A DNA stretch of 64,000 bases from Candidatus Kaiserbacteria bacterium. GTDB taxonomy: Bacteria > Patescibacteriota > Minisyncoccia > Phycocordibacterales > UBA918. The translations under genes were made by a program, and so were the position numbers. The stretch is from the NCBI GenBank assembly GCA_016699245.1, contig CP064968.1, forward strand, positions 155,386 through 219,385. Direction: 5' to 3'. Positions 55,407 to 64,000 of this stretch are shown here, piece after piece (positions within the stretch are counted from its first letter, which is position 1; the number at the start of each line of letters is the position of its first letter). The notes beneath the pieces were generated by a model. The model was not told the origin of the DNA and ran no database searches. It saw nothing but the letters and a program-made list of their open reading frames with translations.

Positions 55407-56807
55407 TTAGAAGTCGTCGCGGTCTGCGCCTACGGTGTGGTGTGTATCAAGATTGATAAAGCGAACGTGCTTATCGTCGAAGTAGAGTTCAGTTTTGCCA
55501 ACGGGCCCATTACGATGCTTCTCAATGAGAATTTCAGCGATGTTGGGGCGATCAGATTCCTTGTTAATTTTGTCTTCACGATGAATAAACATCACCACGT
55601 CGGCGTCCTGTTCTATCGAGCCAGAATCACGAAGGTCGGAGAGTCGTGGTTTGCCACCACGCTGCTCAACGGCACGCGATAACTGTGAAAGAGCAATGAC
55701 AGGAACATCGAGTTCACGCGCGAGAATTTTTAATGAGCGTGAAATCTCGGTCACTTGCTGCACCATAGAATCGCTCGCTTTTGAACTCGTCGGGCTCATT
55801 AATTGGAGATAGTCTACAATGAGTAAGTCAAGGCCGTGCTCGTTTTTAAGACGGCGTGCTGATGAGCGCATTTTGAGAATATTATTTCCTGGCTGGTCGT
55901 CGATATGAATTGGTGCTTCTGAGAGACGTGCCATTGCGGCTTGCACTGCTTCAAATTCACTATCGGAACGTAATTTACCCGTGCGAAGTTTCCAAGAGTC
56001 AACCCCTGCTTCTGCCGCGAGCATACGGTCGACTAACTGTTGATCGCTCATCTCAAGAGAGAAGATACCGACTGAGGCACGGTGGATACACGCAGCATTA
56101 CGTGCAATGTCGAGCGCAAGCGTTGTCTTTCCCATTGAAGGTCGTGCAGCAAGAATGATAAGGTCTGACTTTTGAAGTCCTGCAAGAAGATTGTCGAGGC
56201 CGGAAAAACCGGTAGGAATACCGCGGTGGGTTTCTTCTGACGAATTGAGGCTTTCAAAACGGTCCCATGCTTCGGTGAGGGAACTCCCAATCGGGGTAAA
56301 TTTTTGCGTGGTTGGAGCATTGGTTACTTGGTAGATGCGCTTTTCGGCACCATCCATAGCTTCGTCGATATTTTCGGGGTCAGAGTAGCCTATTTCTGCA
56401 ATTTCATCCGCAGCATTAATCAGGCCGCGAAGGATTGCTTTGTTTTGGACAAGTTCTGCATAGTAGAGTGCGTTACCTGCAGCAGGAACTGATTCTACAA
56501 GTTCGGTGATGTATGCAGCACCGCCCGTACGCTCAAGGAGGCTACGAGACTTTAGTTTGGTGGTAATCGAAAGAATATCGATAGGGTCACCATGCATGAA
56601 GGTGTCGAGAATAGCACGGAAGATTTCACGATGCTTGTCTGCGTAGAAGGACTCAGGATACACGGTCACCGAGACATCGTGCATCACTTCAGATTTTAAA
56701 ATGATAGCACCGAGGAGCGCCCTTTCGGCTTCAAGGTTTTGGGGAGGCATACGAAGAAGCCTACTTTTGGTGCCATGTGGCCGTGTGTCTTCTCGGGTAT
56801 CTTCCAT
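55407..56807 (-). CDS. dnaB: Replicative DNA helicase DnaB
   Basis: N-terminal primase-interaction domain (AERALLGAIIL), Walker A ARPSMGKT, Walker B LLIVDYLQLM, RecA-like motifs. Confidence 0.9.
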   Translation of the reverse strand: MEDTREDTRPHGTKSRLLRMPPQNLEAERALLGAIILKSEVMHDVSVTVYPESFYADKHREIFRAILDTFMHGDPIDILSITTKLKSRSLLERTGGAAYITELVESVPAAGNALYYAELVQNKAILRGLINAADEIAEIGYSDPENIDEAMDGAEKRIYQVTNAPTTQKFTPIGSSLTEAWDRFESLNSSEETHRGIPTGFSGLDNLLAGLQKSDLIILAARPSMGKTTLALDIARNAACIHRASVGIFSLEMSDQQLVDRMLAAEAGVDSWKLRTGKLRSDSEFEAVQAAMARLSEAPIHIDDQPGNNILKMRSSARRLKNEHGLDLLIVDYLQLMSPTSSKASDSMVQQVTEISRSLKILARELDVPVIALSQLSRAVEQRGGKPRLSDLRDSGSIEQDADVVMFIHREDKINKESDRPNIAEILIEKHRNGPVGKTELYFDDKHVRFINLDTHHTVGADRDDF

Positions 56808-56894
56808 AGTGGGAGCATTGTATCACGAAGAATTGTTCTCAGGTAAAAAAGGGGATAGTGGGGATTTTGGGGATAAGGGATTATGATTCGTTAC

Positions 56895-58352
56895 TCAACA
56901 TTTTGATATCTTTTGACCCTGGGGACTATCCTCTATGGTATAACCCTTAAGATTGATTGCTTGGCGGAGAAGGTCGGCCTCGCTCCAATTAAGAGTTGCG
57001 CGAGCAATTTCGCGTTTATCGAGTAGTTCTTGGATATCTTCGGGGACTTCTTCACGAGCAACTATTCCTAGTTCGCGTACAATGTCGCTTGCATCGTCAG
57101 AGAGCCCAATATCGAGTACTGCATCAATTGCCTTGAGTGTAGCGACTTTATCGGGATTCGTAAGCGACGGGTCTTTGATTATTTCCCACATAAGGGCGAT
57201 TGCTCTTGGTGTGTCGAGGTCGTCATTAATGGCTTCGTGAAAGCGTGCACGGTAGGATTCACTTACCGTGCCGGAGATATTTTTGCTTTCTTCAAAGATA
57301 AAGCGACGTAAGCGGAAAAGCGCTTGTTTTGTTGCATCGAGTGCTTCGAAGGTGAAGTTCATAGCAGTGCGATAGTGTCCCGTGAGGAGCCAATAGCGGT
57401 ATACAAGGGGTGTATACCCACGGTCGACAAGTCCTGAAAGGCGAATACCATTACCGAGAGATTTTGCTATTTTTGTATCATTGATTTTAAGATGTGCATT
57501 GTGAAGCCAGTAGGCAACATACGGTTTGCCGGTTACCGATTCCGCCTGCGCAATTTCACCATTATGGTGTGTATACATGAGGTCTTCGCCACCTGTATGG
57601 ATGTCTACTTGTTTGCCCAACGTACTAAAAATCATAGCAGTACATTCTATATGCCAACCGGGGAAACCCTTACCCCAAGTGCTTTCCCATCCGAGTAATC
57701 CCTTTTTCCATAGTGCAAAATCAGCAGGATGCCGTTTCTCAGAATTGACTGCTACGCGAGAGCCACTTTGTAAATCGTTAAGATTTATTTTTCCAAGGAC
57801 ACCGTACTTGGGGAATTTAGTAATATCAAAATATACACCATCAGAAGTTTCGTACGCATAGCCTTTTTCGTAGAGGGTTCGAATAAGTCGAATCTGTTCA
57901 CTGACGTAGTCACTCGCAGGAGTGTACTTGGTGGGGCGCAGGTTGCGAAAAGCATCATTGTCATCCTTGAAGGACTGCATATAGGTATCAGCCACCTCAC
58001 GCATTGCGGTAAGTGAGATAGGTTTACCCTCACGCTTTAAGGCCTTCATCATTTTATCTTCGCCCGCATCGGCGTCGTCGGTGAGGTGACCAAAGTCAGT
58101 AAAGTTAATGACATTTTTAACTTTGTAGCCATTGTATATGCACACACGCTTGATGAGGTCAGTAAGTAAAAACGAGCGTAAATTGCCAATATGGATATGA
58201 TCGTAGACCGTCGGTCCACATGAATACATGGTCACGATGCCGGGCTTCAAGGGGATGAATACTTCCTTTGTCCTGGTGGCAGAATTATAGAAATAGAGGG
58301 GAGGATGTGGTTCCTGAACGTGTGAAGAAGAAAGAAAATCGAAAAAACCCAT
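56895..58352 (-). CDS. cysS: Cysteinyl-tRNA synthetase
   Basis: HIGN (HIHIGN), KIAKSLGN (KMSKS variant), CysRS zinc-binding region. Confidence 0.85.
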   Translation of the reverse strand: MGFFDFLSSSHVQEPHPPLYFYNSATRTKEVFIPLKPGIVTMYSCGPTVYDHIHIGNLRSFLLTDLIKRVCIYNGYKVKNVINFTDFGHLTDDADAGEDKMMKALKREGKPISLTAMREVADTYMQSFKDDNDAFRNLRPTKYTPASDYVSEQIRLIRTLYEKGYAYETSDGVYFDITKFPKYGVLGKINLNDLQSGSRVAVNSEKRHPADFALWKKGLLGWESTWGKGFPGWHIECTAMIFSTLGKQVDIHTGGEDLMYTHHNGEIAQAESVTGKPYVAYWLHNAHLKINDTKIAKSLGNGIRLSGLVDRGYTPLVYRYWLLTGHYRTAMNFTFEALDATKQALFRLRRFIFEESKNISGTVSESYRARFHEAINDDLDTPRAIALMWEIIKDPSLTNPDKVATLKAIDAVLDIGLSDDASDIVRELGIVAREEVPEDIQELLDKREIARATLNWSEADLLRQAINLKGYTIEDSPQGQKISKC

Positions 58353-58407
58353 ATATTAAAAAATTATGAATACGCACAGTGTAGCAAAAACTTACACACC
58401 CTGCATG

Positions 58408-59319
58408 CTACATCCAGCCATTGCGCTTGAAGAAAGTAAAGAAGCCAATAGTAACAGAAACCATAATACCCACAATAATCCAAAAATCATGCTCTTGACC
58501 AATAATAGGTGCAGAAACTACATTCATACCAAACATCGAACTAAATAGTGCTAAAGGGAAGGTAACAAAGGCCATAATACTCAGTTTCTTGATGATTTCA
58601 TTTTGTTTTGTGGTAAGCATGGCGCTGTTGGTTTCACGTAGTGCGGAGAGAGTTTCATACTGAGTATTTACTTTATGCTTTAAAAGTTTGTACTGATTAT
58701 GAATAGCACGCATTTCTCTTACAAATTGCTCGCCGTATATATCCTCAATATGTTGCGATAAATCCTCAAGCACATCCTCATGACCACGAATGATGTGACG
58801 AAACGCAATAAGTTGTTTACTAATCGAAGAAATTTCATATACCATACGTTTTTCGTTATTTTTGAAAATTTCTGATTCAATTTCAGAAAGTTTTGACTCA
58901 ATGTACTCTAGTTTAGAATGTGCAGTGTCATACAGGTTACTAAAAAGCGACACAAAAAGGTGCACACCTGTTAAGCCTCGTTGATTTTTGCGGAGGGTCG
59001 TTGCCACTTCAAATTGGCGTTTGTAGCGATCAATACCTTCCATTTCTTCATATTGTACGGTGAGTAAATTACCCTTAGAAATAAGAAACTTCACTTCAAA
59101 CTGATGTTCAACATCAAGGTTTTTGATAGTAGGGAAGTCAAGCGTGACTTTAATGGTGTTTTCGGCACGTTGGACAGTATTTTTTGGCACTACGGCAGTG
59201 AGGTCGGTCATGAGGGTTGGAGGAATGTCCGTATCACGGAGTACTTTTTGCACTTCTTCAGCAGAAGGGTTTTTGAGATTTACCCAGAGGAGTTTCCCTT
59301 GTCTAAAACGTTCAATCAT
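58408..59319 (-). CDS. corA: CorA-family Mg2+/Co2+ transporter
   Basis: Two C-terminal TM helices with GMN motif (FGMNV). Confidence 0.7.
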   Translation of the reverse strand: MIERFRQGKLLWVNLKNPSAEEVQKVLRDTDIPPTLMTDLTAVVPKNTVQRAENTIKVTLDFPTIKNLDVEHQFEVKFLISKGNLLTVQYEEMEGIDRYKRQFEVATTLRKNQRGLTGVHLFVSLFSNLYDTAHSKLEYIESKLSEIESEIFKNNEKRMVYEISSISKQLIAFRHIIRGHEDVLEDLSQHIEDIYGEQFVREMRAIHNQYKLLKHKVNTQYETLSALRETNSAMLTTKQNEIIKKLSIMAFVTFPLALFSSMFGMNVVSAPIIGQEHDFWIIVGIMVSVTIGFFTFFKRNGWM

Positions 59320-59396
59320 AGTGTAATGTTACCATACCAACACTAATACCAATCTCTCTGTTTTGTATAAGTGGGGAAGAATGCGATAATATAAAA

Positions 59397-60680
59397 ATGA
59401 TACACAATGAAGAGCAGAACGACTCCACGATGAGTGGAGTACATGAAGACGACTCGAGTGGGAAACGCACTCAGCCCCTTTTGGGTATTGGGCTTGCAGT
59501 ACTGCTAGCAACGGCAACTTTTTTTTCAGGTCTCCATCTTGGCAATGACACGCAACTCGAAGCCAATCTTTTTTCATTCCTTAGAAGTAACGAAACAAAA
59601 GCAGATGACTCTATTGATCTTTCTGAATTTTGGGACGTATGGGATTTGCTTGACAAAAAGTTCGTCACATCGGCCACTACCACTCCTATTTCTGATGCAG
59701 AAAAAATTCAAGGTGCGATAGAAGGTCTTGTGCGGTCTTACGGGGATCCCTACACTATGTATTTCCCGCCTGAAGATGCTGCGATGTTTAAAGAAGACAT
59801 CAGTGGCAATTTTAGTGGAGTAGGTATGGAAGTGGGAATGCGTGAGGATGTTATTACGGTGATTTCACCACTTCCTGATAGTCCCGCAGAAAAAGCTGGG
59901 CTTATGGCGGGCGATGCTATTGTGCGCATCAATGATGAATCAACCGAAGGGATTGGTGTTGATGAGGCCGTTCAGCGCATTCGTGGTGAAAAAGGAACAG
60001 AGGTTACATTTTCTATTTTCCGTAAGGGAGAAGAAGAGTTTCGTGAAATTACCGTTGTGCGGGATACGATAACTATTCCCACAAGCAAAACCGAAGTGCG
60101 TGGAGACGTGTTCGTTATCACACTCTACAGCTTCAATGCAATTTCAGAACTCGAAATGCAAAAGGCCCTTCGGGAGTATGTAAGGAGTGATACTAAAAAA
60201 TTGGTGCTCGATCTTCGTGGTAATCCAGGAGGATATCTACAAAGCGCAGTGTCGATTGGAAGTTTTTTCCTCCCAGTAGGAAAGCCAATTGTTCGAGAAA
60301 GTTTTAGTGGAGACGTCAAAGAAGAAGTGTATCGTAGCACTGGACGTGAACTCGGTGCACATGCACCGGAGAAAATGGTAGTACTCATTGACGGTGGTTC
60401 GGCATCAGCATCAGAGATTCTTGCGGGAGCACTCGAGGAGCATGGTGTAGCGACACTTGTGGGCGCACAGTCCTTTGGTAAGGGTTCAGTACAGGAATTG
60501 GTGCCACTTGATGACGGTTCGTCTCTCAAGGTGACGGTAGCACGCTGGCTTACACCAAATGGTGTTTCAATTTCCGAAGGGGGGCTCACTCCAAATATTG
60601 TTGTAGAGCGTACCGCCGAAGACCGCGCAGCAGAAAAGGATCCACAAATGGACGCTGCGCTTGAATTTCTTGCAAAATAA
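59397..60680 (+). CDS. ctpA: Carboxy-terminal processing protease (S41, PDZ-containing)
   Basis: PDZ (PDSPAEKAGLMAGDAIVRIN); S41 motifs LDLRGNPGG and GASASASEIL with catalytic Lys region. Confidence 0.8.
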   Translation: MIHNEEQNDSTMSGVHEDDSSGKRTQPLLGIGLAVLLATATFFSGLHLGNDTQLEANLFSFLRSNETKADDSIDLSEFWDVWDLLDKKFVTSATTTPISDAEKIQGAIEGLVRSYGDPYTMYFPPEDAAMFKEDISGNFSGVGMEVGMREDVITVISPLPDSPAEKAGLMAGDAIVRINDESTEGIGVDEAVQRIRGEKGTEVTFSIFRKGEEEFREITVVRDTITIPTSKTEVRGDVFVITLYSFNAISELEMQKALREYVRSDTKKLVLDLRGNPGGYLQSAVSIGSFFLPVGKPIVRESFSGDVKEEVYRSTGRELGAHAPEKMVVLIDGGSASASEILAGALEEHGVATLVGAQSFGKGSVQELVPLDDGSSLKVTVARWLTPNGVSISEGGLTPNIVVERTAEDRAAEKDPQMDAALEFLAK

Positions 60681-60779
60681 GTACCACTTTCACACACTAG
60701 TCTAGTGTGTGCTCTTCACAAAATCTGCTATGATGTGACGCATTATAGGGTAATTAACTGACCATTACACTAATACGAT

Positions 60780-61223
60780 ATGAAGGTAATTCTCATTAAA
60801 GACGTAGCGCGCCTCGGCCGAAAATCTGAAGTAAAGGATGTACCGGATGGACACGCGCTCAATTTTCTCATTCCAAAAAAATTGGCTATTATTGCTACAC
60901 CTGAGCAGCTGCGCCGTGTCTCTGAGGTGGTACGACAGCAAGACTCACAACAGGAGGCTCTTTTTGAGGCGTTCAAAGCTGCATGTGCAAAGCTTGCTGA
61001 AAAACAAATTCCCTACACGGTAGAGGCCAACGAAAAAGGACATTTGTTCAAAGGTATTAGTGTCGATGACATCCTTGCTCACCTAGAAGCAACGGAGAGT
61101 ATTGTGCTATCGAAACAAAGTATGCACCTCGCACATCCGATTAAGGAACTAGGTGTGCATCAGATTCCGTTATCCTTTTCTGGTATTTCGGGGGTCTGTA
61201 CGTTAGTGGTAGTGAAAAAGTAA
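60780..61223 (+). CDS. rplI: 50S ribosomal protein L9
   Basis: MKVILIKDVARLGRKSEVKDVPDGHALNFLIPKKLA. Confidence 0.85.
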   Translation: MKVILIKDVARLGRKSEVKDVPDGHALNFLIPKKLAIIATPEQLRRVSEVVRQQDSQQEALFEAFKAACAKLAEKQIPYTVEANEKGHLFKGISVDDILAHLEATESIVLSKQSMHLAHPIKELGVHQIPLSFSGISGVCTLVVVKK

Positions 61224-61224
61224 T

Positions 61225-61926
61225 ATGGCAAGTATTAAGCAAATAGCGTTCGTCCTTGGAATTTCTCTCGTACTCGTGGCAATTATTGGCTGGTGGGTGG
61301 ACAAAAATAATGAAAAACCAGCACTACTTCTTGACACTGAAACACAACTTGCAGGGCCACTGACACCAGAGGAATTAGTTATAAATAACCCAGACATAAC
61401 AAACACTATGAATCGAGTCGCAGTATTCAGCACCAACAAAGGAACAATCGAGATAGAACTTTTTGAAGATAAGATGCCTATCACCACCGGGAATTTTATT
61501 AAACTTGCTCTGGAGAACTTCTATGATGGAATTAAGTTCCATCGTGTCATTGATGGATTCATGATTCAGGCAGGAGACCCAAATACCAAGGGCAATGACA
61601 TCCTTTCATACGGCTCTGGTGGTCCTGGATATACAGTACAAGATGAGTTTGTAGAAGATTCACTTTTGAGTAACGTACGTGGCACTATTGCAATGGCAAA
61701 CACAGGACAGCCAAACTCAGGTGGAAGCCAATTCTTTATCAATACCGTTGATAACACGGGTCTTGATTTCAACAAGGAGCCATTCTCTTCAAAGCACCCA
61801 GTTTTCGGACGTGTAATCAAGGGACTCGATATCGTGGATGCAATTTCAAAAGTTGAGGTAGGGCAACGTGATTTGCCGGTAGAGCCAGTTGTGATTGAAT
61901 CTATAGATATTAAGGCAGGGGAGTAG
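61225..61926 (+). CDS. ppiB: Cyclophilin-type peptidyl-prolyl cis-trans isomerase with N-terminal membrane anchor
   Basis: FHRVIDGFMIQAGDP, GTIAMANTGQPNSGGSQFFI. Confidence 0.85.
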   Translation: MASIKQIAFVLGISLVLVAIIGWWVDKNNEKPALLLDTETQLAGPLTPEELVINNPDITNTMNRVAVFSTNKGTIEIELFEDKMPITTGNFIKLALENFYDGIKFHRVIDGFMIQAGDPNTKGNDILSYGSGGPGYTVQDEFVEDSLLSNVRGTIAMANTGQPNSGGSQFFINTVDNTGLDFNKEPFSSKHPVFGRVIKGLDIVDAISKVEVGQRDLPVEPVVIESIDIKAGE

Positions 61927-61934
61927 TAGAGAGA

Positions 61935-61976
61935 AAAAGAAAACGCCTGGAGATTACTCCAGGCGTTTTCTTTTTC
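61935..61976. terminator. Bidirectional intrinsic terminator between ppiB and rpmA
   Basis: aaaagaaaacgcctggag-atta-ctccaggcgttttctttttc. Confidence 0.7.
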
Positions 61977-61983
61977 TAGTTGT

Positions 61984-62265
61984 TTAGGTTGTAGCAATGA
62001 TTGCAACGCGCTTCTTTGAAACGACGCGACCATCAAACTTTACTTTGCGCATGTTTCCAAAAGAAACTTTGCCCGCTTTCCCTGCGTAGAGTGTATGGTC
62101 CTTTCCGACACGCACATTCTTACCTGCTTCAATCTTTGTACCGCGCTGACGCACGAGTACTTCTCCAAGTTTCACTGCCTGTCCATCACCACGCTTTACA
62201 CCGAGGTACTGCGCATTTGAGTCAGTCAGGTTTTTGGCGGTTCCGCCAGCCTTTTTCGTTGCCAT
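61984..62265 (-). CDS. rpmA: 50S ribosomal protein L27
   Basis: [36 protein letters not shown]. Confidence 0.85.
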   Translation of the reverse strand: MATKKAGGTAKNLTDSNAQYLGVKRGDGQAVKLGEVLVRQRGTKIEAGKNVRVGKDHTLYAGKAGKVSFGNMRKVKFDGRVVSKKRVAIIATT

Positions 62266-62288
62266 AGTACTATTTTATCTAAAATGCA

Positions 62289-62726
62289 ATGCGGAAGTAC
62301 CCGCACTCGTCATGTATAATAATGGGCATGAGTATACAAGAATTATCACGAAAATTCAAGGGCTTGTACTCAAATCCTGAATATCTTCTTCTAATCCTCA
62401 TAATTACAGTTTCATTCGTATCATTTTACCTCGGGCGTGTTTCTGTAGGGAACGGGCACAGTGAGGCAACTCGTATACCGATACAAGCAACAATAATTGA
62501 ATCAAATACTCTTCAAAATCATGATATTACAAGCACCACAACTCCTCTCGTTGAGGAAAAAGTAGTGAAAGAGACATACGTGGCATCTAAAAGTGGTACA
62601 AAATACCATCTCCCCTGGTGTCCTGGAGCAAAGCAAATTAAGGATGAAAACAAAGTGTGGTTTGCAACGAAAACAGATGCAGAAAAGGCGGGGTATACAC
62701 CCGCCGCAAACTGCAAAGGAATTTGA
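62289..62726 (+). CDS. Hypothetical membrane-anchored protein with C-terminal Cys-containing domain
   Basis: TM helix; C-terminal YHLPWCPGAKQIKDENKVWFATKTDAEKAGYTPAANCKG. Confidence 0.35.
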   Translation: MRKYPHSSCIIMGMSIQELSRKFKGLYSNPEYLLLILIITVSFVSFYLGRVSVGNGHSEATRIPIQATIIESNTLQNHDITSTTTPLVEEKVVKETYVASKSGTKYHLPWCPGAKQIKDENKVWFATKTDAEKAGYTPAANCKGI

Positions 62727-62920
62727 GTCCATCCACTAACCCCATCTACTTCGTGGCCGGAACGTACAGAGCGTAGCGACAATACGTTCCGAGTCTGTCG
62801 CTTTTTCTTCCCCACGGAAGAAAAAGCGACGAGTGAGTCGTTCAGACATTCATCGTACGCCATGTACGCTTCATGTCTTCACTCCTCGATGCCTCGTATC
62901 TGGGGTCATTGGATGGACTC
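62725..62920. repeat. ~196-bp element bounded by imperfect 19-bp inverted repeats with internal hairpins (MITE-like or structured RNA)
   Basis: gagtccatccactaacccc versus ggggtcattggatggactc. Internal hairpins ggaacgta...tacgttcc and gtcgctttttcttcc-ccac-ggaagaaaaagcgac. Confidence 0.45.
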
Positions 62921-62953
62921 AAAGATAATCTAAGAAGAAGTGTGCAAAGGAAT

Positions 62954-63337
62954 TTAATCGAAATACCCGGCGAGGTGTTGTTTTACTCGCTTTAGTATTT
63001 CTTCAAGACTTGTATTTGACTTAATAATGTAATCGTCTGAATGAAGACTTACACCGTGCGCAATATTGGTTGCGTCATCAGCATTAGTGAGAAGGATTAC
63101 CTGTATATCTTTACCCCACGATGTTTTTTTGAGTGCCCCCAACATCTCATGCCCACCCATTTTTGGCATCTGAATATCGAGAAGTATGAGATTAGGCTTC
63201 TCCGCTTCTGCAATAAGCAGACCCTCAATACCATCTTTTGCTTCAAGTGCCTTGTAACCCGCACTCAGAAGTGCAGTGTGTAATGCTTCACGAAGTGCTT
63301 CGTCGTCATCGACAACAAGTATTTTATATTGTGCCAT
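62954..63337 (-). CDS. Single-domain response regulator (CheY-like receiver)
   Basis: ILVVDDDE, phospho-acceptor LILLDIQMP, conserved T/K region. Confidence 0.7.
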   Translation of the reverse strand: MAQYKILVVDDDEALREALHTALLSAGYKALEAKDGIEGLLIAEAEKPNLILLDIQMPKMGGHEMLGALKKTSWGKDIQVILLTNADDATNIAHGVSLHSDDYIIKSNTSLEEILKRVKQHLAGYFD

Positions 63338-63400
63338 ACCTTATAAGTATACCACTCCTGGACGAAGCCGATGCGAGATATTATGATAGGCACCCTAACC

Positions 63401-64000
63401 ATGAAAAATATACTTATTTTGCAGTTCAGGAAGCATACTGAGCACATCGTTGATGAGGTGAGGATATATACTCGTGCATTTCAGCACCTTCCCGTTACGC
63501 TTACATTTAGAAGTGCGTTTCATGATGGACTCGATTTGAAAAGTCCTGATTTACTGTGTGTGGAAGTTGATGCAATCATTCTAGGTGGTTCCGGGGATTT
63601 ATTTTTTGACGGAGGACTCGATGCAGCACACGAGGCGGTTGCTTGTTCATGTAATTTTGCACGCACGCATGCTCCGCTCTTTGACTATATAACTCAGACA
63701 AACATGCCCCTTCTTGGTATTTGTTTTGGGCATCAGATATTCGCGCATTTTGCAGGTGTGCGTGTGCACAATGATTTGTCCCAAGCAAAAATGGGCTCAC
63801 ATACCATTATGCTCACTGATGAGGGAAGGAATGACCCCCTCTTTGCAGGACTTCCTCCATCATTTGCGGTGCAGTATGGACACAAGGACTCGCTCTCTGA
63901 GATGCCATTACACGCGACACTCCTTGCTTCTGGCAAGCAGTGCAAGTACAGTGCTCTGCGACTCGGGCCAAAGCGCTATAGTCTTCAGTTTCATCCCGAA
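63401..64000 (+). CDS. Class I glutamine amidotransferase-like protein (partial, runs off window end)
   Basis: Nucleophile elbow GICFGHQ and QFHPE His/Glu motif. No stop before window end. Confidence 0.55.
   Translation, partial: MKNILILQFRKHTEHIVDEVRIYTRAFQHLPVTLTFRSAFHDGLDLKSPDLLCVEVDAIILGGSGDLFFDGGLDAAHEAVACSCNFARTHAPLFDYITQTNMPLLGICFGHQIFAHFAGVRVHNDLSQAKMGSHTIMLTDEGRNDPLFAGLPPSFAVQYGHKDSLSEMPLHATLLASGKQCKYSALRLGPKRYSLQFHPE

Noticed and set aside
60125-60697. 190-aa minus-strand ORF
   Set aside because: Shadow ORF antisense to ctpA (S41 protease motifs are on the plus strand).

Overview
This 64-kb window is from a low-GC, compact bacterial genome, about 42-45% GC by eye. Small gene sizes, tight gene packing, domain fusions and an intron-containing tRNA resemble streamlined, CPR/Patescibacteria-like genomes. 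Most of it is housekeeping: ftsK, def-fmt-priA, HTH-murA, two mreB loci with mreC/mreD/mrdA, frr, rseP, proS, greA, lysS, a partial dcw cluster (mraZ-rsmH-ftsL-ftsI-murF), truB, rmuC, recR, dnaB, cysS, corA, ctpA and ribosomal proteins L9, L21 and L27. All protein calls come from reading motifs in the translated ORFs by eye; nothing was searched against a database, so every product name is an inference to be confirmed by HMM or BLAST. Two accessory regions stand out, and in both a tRNA gene is surrounded by partial copies of itself. The first is at about 2.4-8.9 kb. It holds a DinD-like DNA-damage-inducible protein, an SppA-like S49 peptidase, a MazG-like NTP pyrophosphohydrolase, and a 769-aa protein that fuses a PD-(D/E)xK nuclease-like domain, a DUF2075/Schlafen-like P-loop ATPase and a complete LexA-type S24 autopeptidase C-terminal domain. 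I propose this as an undescribed RecA/SOS-gated nuclease-helicase module. Next to it is a tRNA-Asn(GUU) interrupted by a 259-nt group I intron with recognisable P, Q, R and S core elements. That tRNA sits inside degenerate 170-190-bp tandem repeats carrying copies of its own 3' and 5' ends. The second region is at about 40.4-45.5 kb. It has a GC-rich ORF-less block flanked by CCTAGG-containing repeats, a Phd/YefM-ParE pair, a tRNA-Glu with nearby partial copies of itself, and a DinJ-YafQ pair bracketed by 36-bp direct repeats. Other oddities are an HTH-MurA fusion, a TraG/VirD4-like ATPase operon followed by a giant Pro-rich protein, a perfect 97-bp tandem structured repeat, several conserved hairpin families, and a homopolymer-rich G/C segment that may be a sequencing artefact.
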